A stretch of 63,823 nt of DNA, counting the filler, from Chiloscyllium plagiosum (taxonomy: Eukaryota), in NCBI RefSeq assembly GCF_004010195.1. It is 4 parts of one record of this genome, joined end to end, with 100 filler letters (N's around TTAATTAATTAA, not from the genome) between each part and the next. Parts side by side here need not be neighbours in the genome. Positions count along the whole stretch, not along the records: positions 1 to 15,623 come from NC_057715.1; positions 15,724 to 36,201 come from NC_057715.1; 2 more parts are not named here. One strand, given 5' to 3'. Made by a program: the position numbers and the translations under genes. Each line of letters opens with the position of its first letter. The first letter of the stretch is position 1. The notes beneath the pieces were generated by a model that saw nothing but the letters and a program-made list of their open reading frames with translations, had not been told where the DNA came from and ran no database searches. This document shows positions 11,521-22,785 of this stretch, piece after piece.

Positions 11521-14147
11521 TTCATATTTCACTTAAATATACATTACTTTTCTTGTGGAAGCTGCAATAACTGGTGATGCAACAGGAAATAACTTCCTCT
11601 TTTTCCTTCAGTATTTTGAGAACAATGGATACCTGGAACCAATAATTGCGCATCCAATTAATAGATATCTTTGTAAGCAGCAAACGATTTATAGCTGTAA
11701 TCTGACCTAATTGGTTATTGTGTAATGTCATCGCTTTGATTTTTTTTATTTTCTGAAGTATTTTTGTTTCAATGCAGTTTATTTCTATGTCAGCAACTTA
11801 TGTCAAGGTACAGTGATGTTCACACTAAAAGATAAGTAAAAAAGATGTGATTATAGTCAGTTTATTACCAAAATCTATATCAAGTTCACATTAATAAGCT
11901 CCCAATGCTATTAGTCAAAATCTTGGGAAGCTCTTGTATTGATACTGAGGAAGTGTTCTATTGAATACAATACACATGTCATTTGCTTCTCCTTCTCATG
12001 CAAAGTCTGTAATTGGGTTGTGATGGTGTCTTTAAAGAGTCATATACACAGTGTCTGTCAAACCTCCCTGGAGTGACAGCACAGTATAATCGAAGTAATT
12101 GACTGTTCACATCTGGTGTGGCCTTTGACCTTAGCTTTAATGTCCTATTGCCCCATGATGAAAACGTTGGGACAGCTGCAATGCTGCTGACCTGCTCTGG
12201 AACTGCATTGACAATGCCTTATGTCAGGCTCTTTATCCAGTGATTTAGTGTTTCCCCTGATGGCAAGCTATAACAGATCTCTAATGGATGGAAATAGAGA
12301 ACTTGATATGCAGGGAAGTCTGTGTTGTATAATTCCAAATAATCAGAGGGGCCTCTCCAGTATATGGGTTATTCGCCACAACAGTGCCCCAGAGTGCCAC
12401 TGCTGTGGTCTCTAAGTTAATTGTTATCCACAGGTTGAAATGGGTAATTAAATTCAACTTATTATTATGCTTTAAAGCAAGGGCATCTTATAAGAGGTTT
12501 AATGACTGGGAAAAAATAATTTTTAATGGGATGCACTTAAGCCAGGAGTGAAAATTGTAGAATAAATGGTCTATTGGCGCTGTGCACTTCAACATTTGAG
12601 GCATAATATAGCTACCAAATGACTATTGTGATTTTATTAAATCAGTAAACTGTAGAGCTATTGATGACTTCACAATGAAGGAAAGAGTTCAAGAAACAAT
12701 CCCATGCAAATTTTAATACATTATTATAGATCTTTATTCCAGTGTAATAGATATACTTTAAATGAAATCATGGCCATGAAATTACTCTAAGACTCAATTC
12801 CTTTCTGATATTTTAACAGAGGTGTTCATTTTAAATAGATTGATGCCTCTGGTGAAACAGCAGGGAAAGGAATTTGAAACTCATGCATTTTAGCTTTATA
12901 ACTGGAAACTCACAAGGAACTGTCGGTGCCTACAAATGCAGAAATATCGACAATGTTAGGAGACAGTAACATTTCCAGTCTGGAAAACTATTTTTCAGAA
13001 ACGCCAGGAATACAGAAACATCTGGGGCAGACAGAGCATCATTTTAGTTCAAATGCTTTGGGAGCGGAAGCATTGAAGATGCAGTGTTTGAAGAAGAAAA
13101 ATAATTTTTATCACTGCTCTATGATGTTCAATAACTATTTTACGTTTGAGGTAAATATTTATATCGTTAGTGCTTTCCGGTTGTTTAGGCATCATCATGT
13201 CATTCAGTAATCCAAAAAATTCAAAAATTTAGAAATGGCTTGAAGAGAGACTGGAGAGGTTATAGTGTGTTGGTATTTCTAACCACTGACAATGCATGTA
13301 TAACAAGTTCATTTACTGCATGTAATTATGCTGTAAAGAGTATAAAATGCCTAATAAATGAGCATTTGTCATTCAGGAGAAAGGAAAGTACTCAAAAGAA
13401 TTTGAAAATTGGTTTGGTTTCTGATTTTTCTTGCAATACCAGGAGCATGACTTTCTCATTTTTCCTCAAAATGTCACTCCCACTGCCAAGGTAGCTCACT
13501 AGATCACATGTCCAATCAGGTCACCAAGAAATGATAGAGGAGCATGGGCAAATTTCTCCATCTATCGCTGATCTCGACATTACCGTCCCAGATTGCCAAT
13601 CAGAAGCTAGCAGCTTTTGGACCAGAAAGACTGCCAGGCGAAAACTACTACGTGGGGCATTGAGTGGTAAGAAGGGAAGCATTTTTAATCTTTTTGTTAG
13701 AGGTTTGGGGCTGTTGAGAAAGGGAGGGTCAAGGGGTGGTTGTCAGGCATCCCTTCCTGTGCCCTCCTCTTACCCCACTACCACTGCTCCTCTGGTCACA
13801 CCAAGATTCGGGTAATTCAAATCCATTTTCTCCAACCCAACAGGCCGAATGCCTCTGGCTTGCTAGTCGGGGACGAGCCACCTTCCTTGCATGCCAGGAA
13901 GTCATATATTCAGGGAGGCGCTGTGTTGAGGCCTTTTAGTGGCAACCAATTAACCACTTAAGGTCGAGTAAACTGAGGAAATACATGCTCCCCATAATCT
14001 TACTTAGTGAGTTGGCGAGAAGGGGACATATCTTATTAGTGCGAACTCAACCAATTTTTGTCTTCTTTTCTCCACCTCCAGGGAGGGGGATAATTCCGTC
14101 TGGGGAAGGTTGTGTTCCTTAAATGAGATAAGGTTTCTTTTTAACAA

Positions 14148-14847
14148 TTTGGAGATGCCGGTGTTGGACTGGGGTATACAAATTTAAAAAGCACACAACA
14201 CCAGGTTATAGTCAAACAGGTTTAATTGGAAGCACTAGCTTTTGGAGCACTGCTCCTTCATCAGGTGGTTGTGGAGTACACAATTGTAAGACACAGAATT
14301 TATAGCAAAAGTTTACAGTGTGATGTAACTGAAATTATACATTGAAAAATACCTTGATTGTTTGTTAAGTCTCTCATTTGTTAGAATGACCATGTTAGTT
14401 TCACTTCTTTCATATGAAAATCGCAAAACTTTTTAAAAAAAAGTTACATTCTCAGGTGAACTTTAACAATTGGTGTCATCCCAGATAATGTGTAGAAGGT
14501 GTTAGCCCCCTGTGTGCTGCTGTCTGTGTCATAATGTTAGACTGATTCTAATCTAAAAAAATGAATTAATAGAATGTTAATCCCTGTGAAGCCTCCCTGT
14601 CACACCTTTAATACCTTATCTGGGCCGACATGACACCAATTGTTAGAGTTCACTTGAGAATGTAACTTTAAAAAAAGTTTTTCAATTTACATGTGAAAGA
14701 ACTGATATCAACGTGGTCATTCTAAAAGATGAGAGACAACAAACAATCCGAGTCTTTTTTAATATATAATTTCAGTTACATTACACTGGAAACTTTTGCT
14801 ATAGATTTTATGTCTTACAATCTTGTTCTCCACAATCACCTGATGAT
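14148..14847. mobile_element. Penelope family A pLTR/3'UTR pair in inverted orientation (- 14148-~14575, + ~14600-14847)
   Basis: The minus arm ends in ..GGCATCTCCAAAT and carries a hammerhead with a GAAA>AAAA change at 14233-14267. The plus arm is its reverse complement and breaks just after CTGATGA. Confidence 0.85.
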
Positions 14848-15623
14848 GACAGGTACTTCTCCCGGGGTCTCTTGCACCTGTCTCTGCCTTCCTCATAGTC
14901 TGCTCTTTTCTGCTCTCTTCTGGCATGATTGGTGTAAAGTTTGCAAAGCGGCCAGGTCTGTCAATCAAAAGTTGGCGCAGAGGCAGAGCGGAAGAGTAGG
15001 ACATCGCACAGAGCCGTGGTAATAGGGGACTCCATCGTGAGAGGAACTGACCGGGGTTTTTGTGGCAGCAGACGGTATTTAAGGATGGTGTGTTGCCTTC
15101 CTGGTGCCAGGGTGAAAGACATCGTGGACAGAGTGCAGGAAATCCTCAAGGACGAGGGTAAAGAGCCAGAGGTGGTGGTACATGTTGGCACAAATGATGT
15201 CGGGAAGAAGAGGAGGAAGCGGGACTTCGGAGAACTAGGAAGAAGGCTGAAAAGCAGGACGTCCAAGGTGGTTATCTCTGGTTTGCTTCCAGTTCCTCGG
15301 GCTGGTGTGGCCAGAAACAGGGAGATAATGGACTTGAACTGTTGTTGGGAAACTGGTGCAGGAAGCAAGGATTTAAGTTATTGGATCACTGGGGTATATT
15401 TTGTGGTAAGCATAAATTCTTCAAGGCGAGACGGTTTGCACCTTAATAGGTTAGGGACCAGCATTCTGGCAGGCAGGCTTTCTACTGCAACACCGCTACA
15501 TTTAAACTAAGTAGCGGGGGGGAGGGGACAAACTGGATGTTTAAAAAGGAAATTGAAGGGAAAGTTAGAACAAGAGAAATCAAGAAAGACAACTGTATCA
15601 ATGAGGCAGAAAACTCGGAAAGG
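14848..15623 (+). mobile_element. CR1 LINE 5' region: ORF1 SGNH esterase domain, with an inverted 5' piece at 14848-~14935
   Basis: ORF 14941..15510 has AVVIGDSIVRG, CCLPGARVKD, VVVHVGTNDVG and RDGLHLN (GDS/GxND/DxxH), typical of CR1/L2 ORF1 esterases. Ends at an assembly gap. Confidence 0.9.
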
Positions 15624-15723
15624 NNNNNNNNNNNNNNNNNNNNNNNNNNNNNNNNNNNNNNNNNNNNTTAATTAATTAANNNNNNNNNNNNNNNNNNNNN
15701 NNNNNNNNNNNNNNNNNNNNNNN
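15624..15723. other. Assembly spacer N44-TTAATTAATTAA-N44 (also 36202-36301 and 46450-46549)
   Basis: Three identical 100-bp blocks; the 12-mer gives stops in all six frames. Confidence 0.97.
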
Positions 15724-16015
15724 AGAAAAGGTTTTGTGATTTACATATGAAAGAAGTGAAACTATCACTGTATTCTAACAGATGAAAGACTCAACAGACA
15801 ATCAAGGTATTTTTCAATGTTTAATTTCAATTACATCACACTGTAAATTTTTGCTATAAATTCTGTGTTTTAGGATTGAGTCCTTCACTATCACCTGATG
15901 AAGCAGCGATGCTCCAAAAGTTTGTGTACTTCCAATTAAACCTGTTGGACTATAACCTGGTGTTGTGTGATTTCTAACTTTGTACACCCCAGTCCAACAC
16001 CGGCATCTCCAAATC
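15724..16015 (+). mobile_element. Penelope family A pLTR 3' end
   Basis: CACCTGATGAAG..CCTGTTGGACTATAACCTGGTGTTGTGTGA..GGCATCTCCAAATCA. The hammerhead is degenerate. Confidence 0.85.
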
Positions 16016-16020
16016 AACAT

Positions 16021-17950
16021 AGTTCAGCTAACAATAGGTGTGAAGTCTGTCTGTGTCCTAATGTTGAGTCAGACTGACAAGTTCTCTGTATAGTTTTACT
16101 GAGTTTTACATGGATTCATGCAGCTTTGAGCAAAATAAAACGTAATTCTGCAAAAACAAATTAATCTCATAAACTTATATGTGTGCACTTTTAGGAGCGA
16201 CAGAGTGAGTGTGCATGTGAGTGTGTGCAAGTACATGTGCGTGCATGTGGGTGTGAGTGCAGGTGATAGAGTGTACATGTATATGTGTGTGAGTAAGGTT
16301 GGTTAAGTGTGTGTGTGAGTGTGATGGGGTATGTGTCTGTGAGAGGGTGCATGTATGGATGTAACTGTCGGGGGTGTATGTGTGCGCATATGAAAGAAAG
16401 CTTGAGAATGAAAGAGGGTCAATGTGGGTGTGTGTGAGTATGTAGAAGTGTGTGTGTGCGCGTGCGACAGAGTGAGAGAGAGTGTACCGTGCAATGGGGT
16501 CACCTGTAGTGTGACATAAACCCAAGGTCCCGGTTGAGGCCATCCTCATGGGTACCAAACTTTGCTATCAGTTTCTGCTCAGCCAGTCTGCATTGTTGCT
16601 TGTCCCGAAGTCAGCCTTGGAGGATGGTCACCCGATGGTCCAAGGCCGAATGTCCCAGACCGCTGAAGTGTTCCCCAACTGGAAGGGAACACTCCTGCCT
16701 GGTGATTGTTGCGTAGTGTCCATTCACCTATTGTCAGCATTTGCTTGGTCTCGTCAATGTACCAAGCCTCATGGCATCCTTGCCTGCAGCGTAAGAGATA
16801 GACCATGTTGGCTGAGTCACATGAGTACCACGTACATGGTGGGAGGTCTCCCCCACGTACAATAGTTGTATCTGTGTTGATATGCTGACACGTTCTGCAG
16901 CAGCTGCCGTGACGTGGTTGTATGTTGTTGTCCTGAAGGCTGGGTAGTTTGCTGCGAACAATGGCTTGTTTAAGGTTTGTTGGTTGTTTAAAGGCAAGAA
17001 GTGGAGGCATGGAGAAGGTCTTGGCAAGGTGCTAATCCTCATTGATAATGTGTTGAAGGTTGTGAAGAACATGGCGTAGTTGCTCGGCTTCCGGGAAGCA
17101 CTGGGCAACGAACGGTACCCTGTCGGTTGCGGCTCATATCTATCTCCTGAGGAGTTTATTACAGTTTCTTGCTATGGCACATCGGAACTGGTGATTGATG
17201 AGTTGAGCATTGTACCCTGTTCTTATGAGGGCATCCTTGAGTACTTTCAAGAGTTTGTCACGTTCCTCCTCATCTGACTGATCCTGTGCATGCGGAGGGC
17301 TTGTCCATATGTTTTGGAGGGAAGCTGGAGAAGTGTAGCATCAAGAGGTTATCTGTGGATTTGCAGTAGAGTGAGTTGCTCCTTGATGGAGATGCTTGTG
17401 TCCAAGAATGAGACAGATACTGGAGAGTAGTCCATGGTAAGTCTGATGGTGAGATGAAACTCATTGATGTCACTGTGTAGAAGTTTCAGTGACTCCTTGC
17501 CATGGGCCCCGAGGAAGAAGAGATTGTCAATACATCTGGTTATAGTGTTGTTTCAAGGTCCTGTGCAGAAAAGAAACTTGTTTGAACTTGTGCATGTAAG
17601 TGTTGGCATATTGGCATGCAAATTTGGTCCCCATGGCCGTTCCATGTGTCTGGATAAAGAACTGGTTGTTAAAGGTGAAAACATCGTGGTAGAGCATGAA
17701 GCGGATGAGTTGTAGCATGGGCTCGGATATTGACAGTTGTTACTATTGAGAACTGAGGCTGTTGCTGTGATGCTGTCATCACAGAGGCTGCTGGTGTAGG
17801 GTGCTGAGACATCCACTGTGACAAGAAATGTTCCTGATTTGACTGGTCCATGAGGTTCTGTAAGAAATCTGTAGTGTCGTGACAGAAACTGGGATGGGGT
17901 GGGGGTGTCCCTGTACGATGGGTTTCAAGATGCCTTTGAAGGTTCTTACA
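16021..17950 (-). pseudogene. Decayed Penelope-like element (RT + GIY-YIG endonuclease, Neptune-like) with CA-rich 3'UTR
   Basis: RT motifs MDVSAPYT, FTFNNQFFIQTHGTAMGTKFAC and RCIDNLFF (YIDD-like). Cys-rich linker and SANMVYLLRCRQGCHEAWYIDETK (GIY-YIG). C-terminus KFGTHEDGLNRDLGFMSHYR* with stop at 16500-16502. Many frameshifts. Confidence 0.92.
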
Positions 17951-18019
17951 TAGGGATTTTTAACTTTGACCACTCCAGTCCAATGCCGGGACCTCTTAGT
18001 CAAATTTATTTAACATCAC

Positions 18020-18355
18020 TATCATCATCATCATCATCAGTAGTCTGTTGCAGATGAGGATGACTGTCTTGAACTTTTGATGAGTCCATAGGTGGCTATA
18101 TAGATCGATACAGCTACTGCAGGCTCTGTTACACTTGGGGCATGTTTCTCCTCCACTGTGGACAGCCTTGGCCCAGTGATTCCCAGGTTTCTGTGGGAAT
18201 GTTCCACTTCACTGGCAAGGCCTTGAGGGTATCAGTGAGGCACTTCCTCGGTGAACCTGGGGGCTTGCTTGCTCTTTTGGGGCTGGCAGTAGAGCACCTT
18301 GCTTGGGGAGTCTTGTGTCGGTCATATGGACAATGTGCCCAGCCATCTTGGATGC
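18020..18355 (-). mobile_element. RTE-clade LINE 3' end with (GAT)n tail
   Basis: AGHIVHMTDTRLPKQ...PRKCLTDTLKA..NIPTETWESLGQGCPQWR matches the RTE C-terminus. (CAT)n at 18022-18039. Confidence 0.8.
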
Positions 18356-18648
18356 AGAAATGACAGAAATTAACAAATTTTTGGATACAAAGATAATCAA
18401 AAGACATGAGGAGAGATAAATATTAAGCCATGATCTTATTGAATGGCATACAACTCAAAGATCTATTCTATACTCTTTTGCCTTATGTTCTTAAAAGCAA
18501 GTGCCCAAATTCTAAGTCCCCAAAATCTCACATTTGAAACATTCCCATGTTCTACGGGTCCCATTCACTCCTCATTGCTTACAACGACATTCTCTACGTT
18601 TTTTCGTGTCCTTTTTTCAAATCTCAGTGACCTTACAGTTGTACTACT

Positions 18649-18941
18649 GAGCGGCATGGTGGCACAGTGGTTAGCACTGCTGTCACACTGCGCCAGAGAC
18701 CTGGGTTCAATTCCCACATCAGGCAACTGACTGTGTGGAGTTTGCACATTCTCCCCGTGTTTGCGTGGGTGTGCTCTGGTTTCCTCCCACAGTCCAAAAA
18801 TGTGAATTGGCCATGCTAAATTGCCCGTAGTGATAGGTGCAGGGTTAAATGTAGGCGAATTTATCTGGGTATCTGCGCTTTGGTGGGTCGGTGTGGACTT
18901 GTTGGGCCGAAGGGCCGGTTTCCACACTGTAAGTAATCTAA
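18649..18941 (+). mobile_element. HE1-type V-SINE
   Basis: A box TGGCACAGTGG, B box GGTTCAATTCC, V-domain CTGTGTGGAGTTTGCACATTCTCCCCGTG and CR1-derived tail. Confidence 0.93.
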
Positions 18942-19320
18942 CCTGATGTCCTTGTGTCTTACTTTCGTAGTTGCCACTCAACCCACTCTTAATTGCGGAC
19001 ATCTCCTCTAACACTACCTCTCCCCATAACATTTCCTCAGCTTCAGGGACAACGTCCCAGGATTCTGATATTTTCTAACCAATTCCATTTGCCCAGTCAC
19101 TCCCCTTCAACATCATTAAATCCCTTCTTATCGACCCAGATTTGAGCTGCTCATTCAAACCTTTACGTTTTTCTCCCTTCACCTACATGCTTGATGGCAA
19201 TCCTGCCTTTCCTTTTGTATATCAAGTTAATATTTATTAATACATGAGAAACACTACTGTAAATGAATACAAATTATTTTCCTTATAATGTGTTGATTGT
19301 TCTGTAGAAAATATTTTTAA

Positions 19321-20115
19321 AAGAGCATTCTGTCTGGACATATCACGGCCTGGTATGGCAATTGTAACATTCAAGATCGGAGACGTTTACAGAGAGTGGT
19401 GAATTCGGTCTGGACAATCACAAAGGCCAATCTCCCATCAAACGGGCAGCACGGTGGCACAGTGGTTAGCACTGCTGCCTCACAGCACCAGAGACCCGGG
19501 TTCAATTCCCGCCTCAGGCGACTGACTGTGTGGAGTTTGCACGTTCTCCCCGTGTCTGCGTGGGTTTCCTCCGGGTGCTCCGGTTTCCTCCCACAGTCCA
19601 AAGATGTGCAGGGCCAGGTGAATTGACTATACTAAATTGCCCGTAGTGTTAGGTAAGGGGTAAATGTAGGGGTATGGGTGGGTTTCGCTTCGGCGGGTCG
19701 GTGTGGACTTGTTGGGCCGAAGGGCCTGTTTCCACACTGTAATGTAATCTAATCTAATCTATAGAATCCATCTACCAGGCCCGCTGTCAAGGAAAGGCTG
19801 CTAGCATTCTCAAAGATCCATCCCACCCTGGCAAGGTTTTTCTATAACCTCTACCATTGGCAAGAAGGTACAGAAGCCTGAACACACGCACTAGCCAGTT
19901 TTGAGACAGTTTCTACCCTGCTGCTGTTAGAATACTGAATGGACTCACAAACTCTTAACATTCACCTATACCTGTGTTTTTGTTTTTGTCGCTGTTTACC
20001 TATTATTTACTATCTATGCTACTTAACTCTGTGATCTGCCTGTATTGCTCGCAAGACAAAGCTTTTCACTGTGCCTTGGTACACGTGACAATAAATTCAA
20101 ATCAATTCAATTCAA
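19321..20115 (+). mobile_element. Rex1/Babar-type LINE 3' fragment interrupted by a SINE
   Basis: SILSGHITAWYGNC..DRRRLQRVVNS..NLPS[SINE]IESIYQARCQGKAASILKDPSHPG..RRYRSLNTRT..SFYPAAVRILN. AATAAA plus a (TTCAA)-type tail. Confidence 0.8.
19444..19761 (+). mobile_element. HE1-type V-SINE, full length, young
   Basis: Intact A/B boxes, V-domain, (TAATC)n tail and retained CpGs. Confidence 0.95.
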
Positions 20116-22399
20116 CTAATGAGAAGATGAATTTTCAAGTATGAACATAAAATGTTCAAAATGATCACTCAATACTTTATAACTTCCTTTAATAAATGAA
20201 GAAACTAATTTGTTTCTATGGAATGTGTAGGACACCAATGTCATTTTTATTCACTTTTAATTTATTTCTGCAAAACATTTAACCATATTAACCATGTAAT
20301 AGCATCAATGCTTATCCCTGTAGTTCAATGTATTCAACATTTTATTTAAATTATTGGAGGATTCTTTCATTAACAAACATTTTTGTATATTTTTGATCAA
20401 GTTATGAATCTTTCAGTCTGATACAGTTAGCCTATTAAAACAAATATAAGGACAAGCATAAGCAGAGGTACTGAATTGCATAGGAATGTCAAGTCTACAT
20501 AATCAATTTGGAAAGAACATTTACTTTCTGGCATAATGGATCTATGACATTGATATTGCTCGAAAATTCCCATTATCTTTCACGCTGTGGCATAAAACAG
20601 TATGGGTGGGGAATCTACATCAGGATGGAGCAGGGTGGATGGGTCCAGCAAGAATAAAGGAATGGTGATATCTTTCCAAGTAATTTACCCACCATATTAG
20701 AATATTGGATGTACACAGCATTGTGTTTTTCTTAATCTTTGGCTTGTGCTGTGTTGGAGAAATGATTAAGTTGCAAAGTACCTGTACTTATTAAAATATC
20801 CATGTCGTCATTGTCTTGATCATACTACATTCTGATTTGCAAGGTTCAGTTCTGAGGTATTATCTTTGAATTTTAGGTTAAAAAGGACTGAAGTACTAAA
20901 TAATTCGAGATTAGATTTAAAGAAACTATTGAAATTAATAGTTTTAATTCACTGATCTAAATCAATAATTCCTCTGGGGAAGTCCAGAGTTTATTTAATG
21001 ATCTGATTCATACTAACAGAAAATAAACCAATGGGTGAAAAACGTTTCTTCTGTTCGATGCAAACATTTGCATGGATCTCTGGGTTACATTATTCAACTT
21101 TTGCAACATAAATTCTAAGGAATTAAATGCAAAAAAGAAATTTGAAGATCCAACCTGTACAACCCTGGATTTAAGATTACAGGGATAAGTATTGATGTTC
21201 ACACACAGCTAATTATAGCAACAGCTTTGCAGAAATAAATTAAAAGTGTGTGAAGTGACATTGGTGACCTATACACTCCATAGAAACAAAATTTGCATTA
21301 TTAGGGAAGCTTCCAGTGGAATGCAATGGAGATCGTAGCCATTGCTAAAAAACAGTGGTGCTGAAATGGGAATCAGCAGTAATGGAGAGTGCGAAACAAT
21401 GCTGGTTCAGTCCCAACTATTCCTCTTCTATTTACCCGCCAATGGGGAGAGTTACAACTCCCCCTTGTATTTCAGTTCCTGGACCACCCACATCTAACAA
21501 TGAACTTAGACTTCTGTCCAAGTGAAAACCTAGCAGAATCGGAAGCAAAATCAGATGAAATATGCAGATGTGCAACAACATTGCCCTTAATTGTTTTAAA
21601 TGTGGGAAACAGTTTTTTCTATAATAAATTGTAGCTTTTGTAGAATTGGAACAAAATTTGGAAAACTCCATCTAGTGCTTTGGATCAAACAGTACATTTA
21701 TACAAATGGCACTGTTTGAACTCTTTGTAATAGCTATTTATTAAGGTGTTCTTTTGCATCAACCTTAGAAATGCAACCCTCAACGTATTTGTAAGAAAGA
21801 AAGAAGTTATGTGGAATTTTTCACAATCTGAGAAGTCGCTTGGTGTTGTAGAGCTAGCGAAATAAAGAAGTTATTTCAACAAAATATTTTGTTGTTGTAT
21901 CAAGAAGTTTAACAGCCAAGTTGTGCACAAAAAGCTAGCACAAGCAGAGATACAAGAAAATCCTTGCTTCAAAGACAACTGTGAGGTAAATGTTGGTCAG
22001 AAATCCAGGAGAATGCCCTGTTCTTCTGTGTATTGTGCCAGGAGATACTTTCTGTCCACCTTGTTGTCTAATTTGAAAGAATGTAGGTTTAAAACAGCAA
22101 CACTTCATCAATGCCTCACTAAAATGTCAGTCTACATTATTGCAACGTTGCATCCAACTGTTAATGGCTGACATGCAAAATGAATGTGAAGTTTCGTGGC
22201 AGCAAGATGTGGAATCCAATTGCTCATTTTTGCCAATTTCTACTTTATTTGTTGTGGGAAGGCACTACATGGAGGTCAGTTACTTCCCCACAGAATACAA
22301 AGGAAATTTGAAATTGATTTGAACATTGTGTTAGGAAGGAGAAATCAGCTGGGACTTTTGATTCTAATTGCTGTTCCAGTATTCTTGCTGGAACTGGTA

Positions 22400-22785
22400 G
22401 TACTCTCACACTCTCACCTCTAAACACTAAGGTTGTGAGTTCAAATTCAACTCCACTTGAGTTCAAATTCCAGATCATCACTTAAGTGCAGCATTGGTGG
22501 AGTTGTGTACTCAGAGTCTTGGAGTTAAAGAATATAGAACAGGCATTGACATTGTTGGAAAGGCTACATTTCAGATGCACCTGTTCTCTCTGGTGTACAT
22601 GAAGATTTCATAGCAGCATTTTGAGCCCACCATGGTTTTCCACTTAATTTTATCACTTAAGAATCACAAGAACAGTTTATCTTGTCATTGTTATGTCACT
22701 GTTTGTGGGAGCTGTGTGAAGATTAGCTGTCACGATTTCTGCATGACGCGTGCCCACACTTAAAAAAAACATGAATGGTTGGAAA
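22400..22785 (+). mobile_element. Old DeuSINE-like remnant
   Basis: GGTTGTGAGTTCAAAT head and a Deu-domain-like TTATCTTGTCATTG..CTGTTTGTGGGAGCT segment. Confidence 0.5.

Noticed and set aside
14941..15510. Esterase ORF as a host lipase gene
   Set aside because: Intronless with no proper start, apparent frameshift damage in the C-terminal half and motifs typical of CR1 ORF1.
15624..15723. TTAATTAATTAA palindrome repeated three times within N runs
   Set aside because: Fixed 44+12+44 format marks an artificial scaffold spacer, not biology.
16096..16558. His/Thr-rich ORFs
   Set aside because: Translation of the CA-rich Penelope 3'UTR.
19371..19626. Recurring ORFs MDCGRKPEHPEETHADTG / GGTVVSTAASQ and tRNA-like A/B boxes
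   Set aside because: Translations of HE1 SINEs. The heads do not form complete tRNA cloverleaves.
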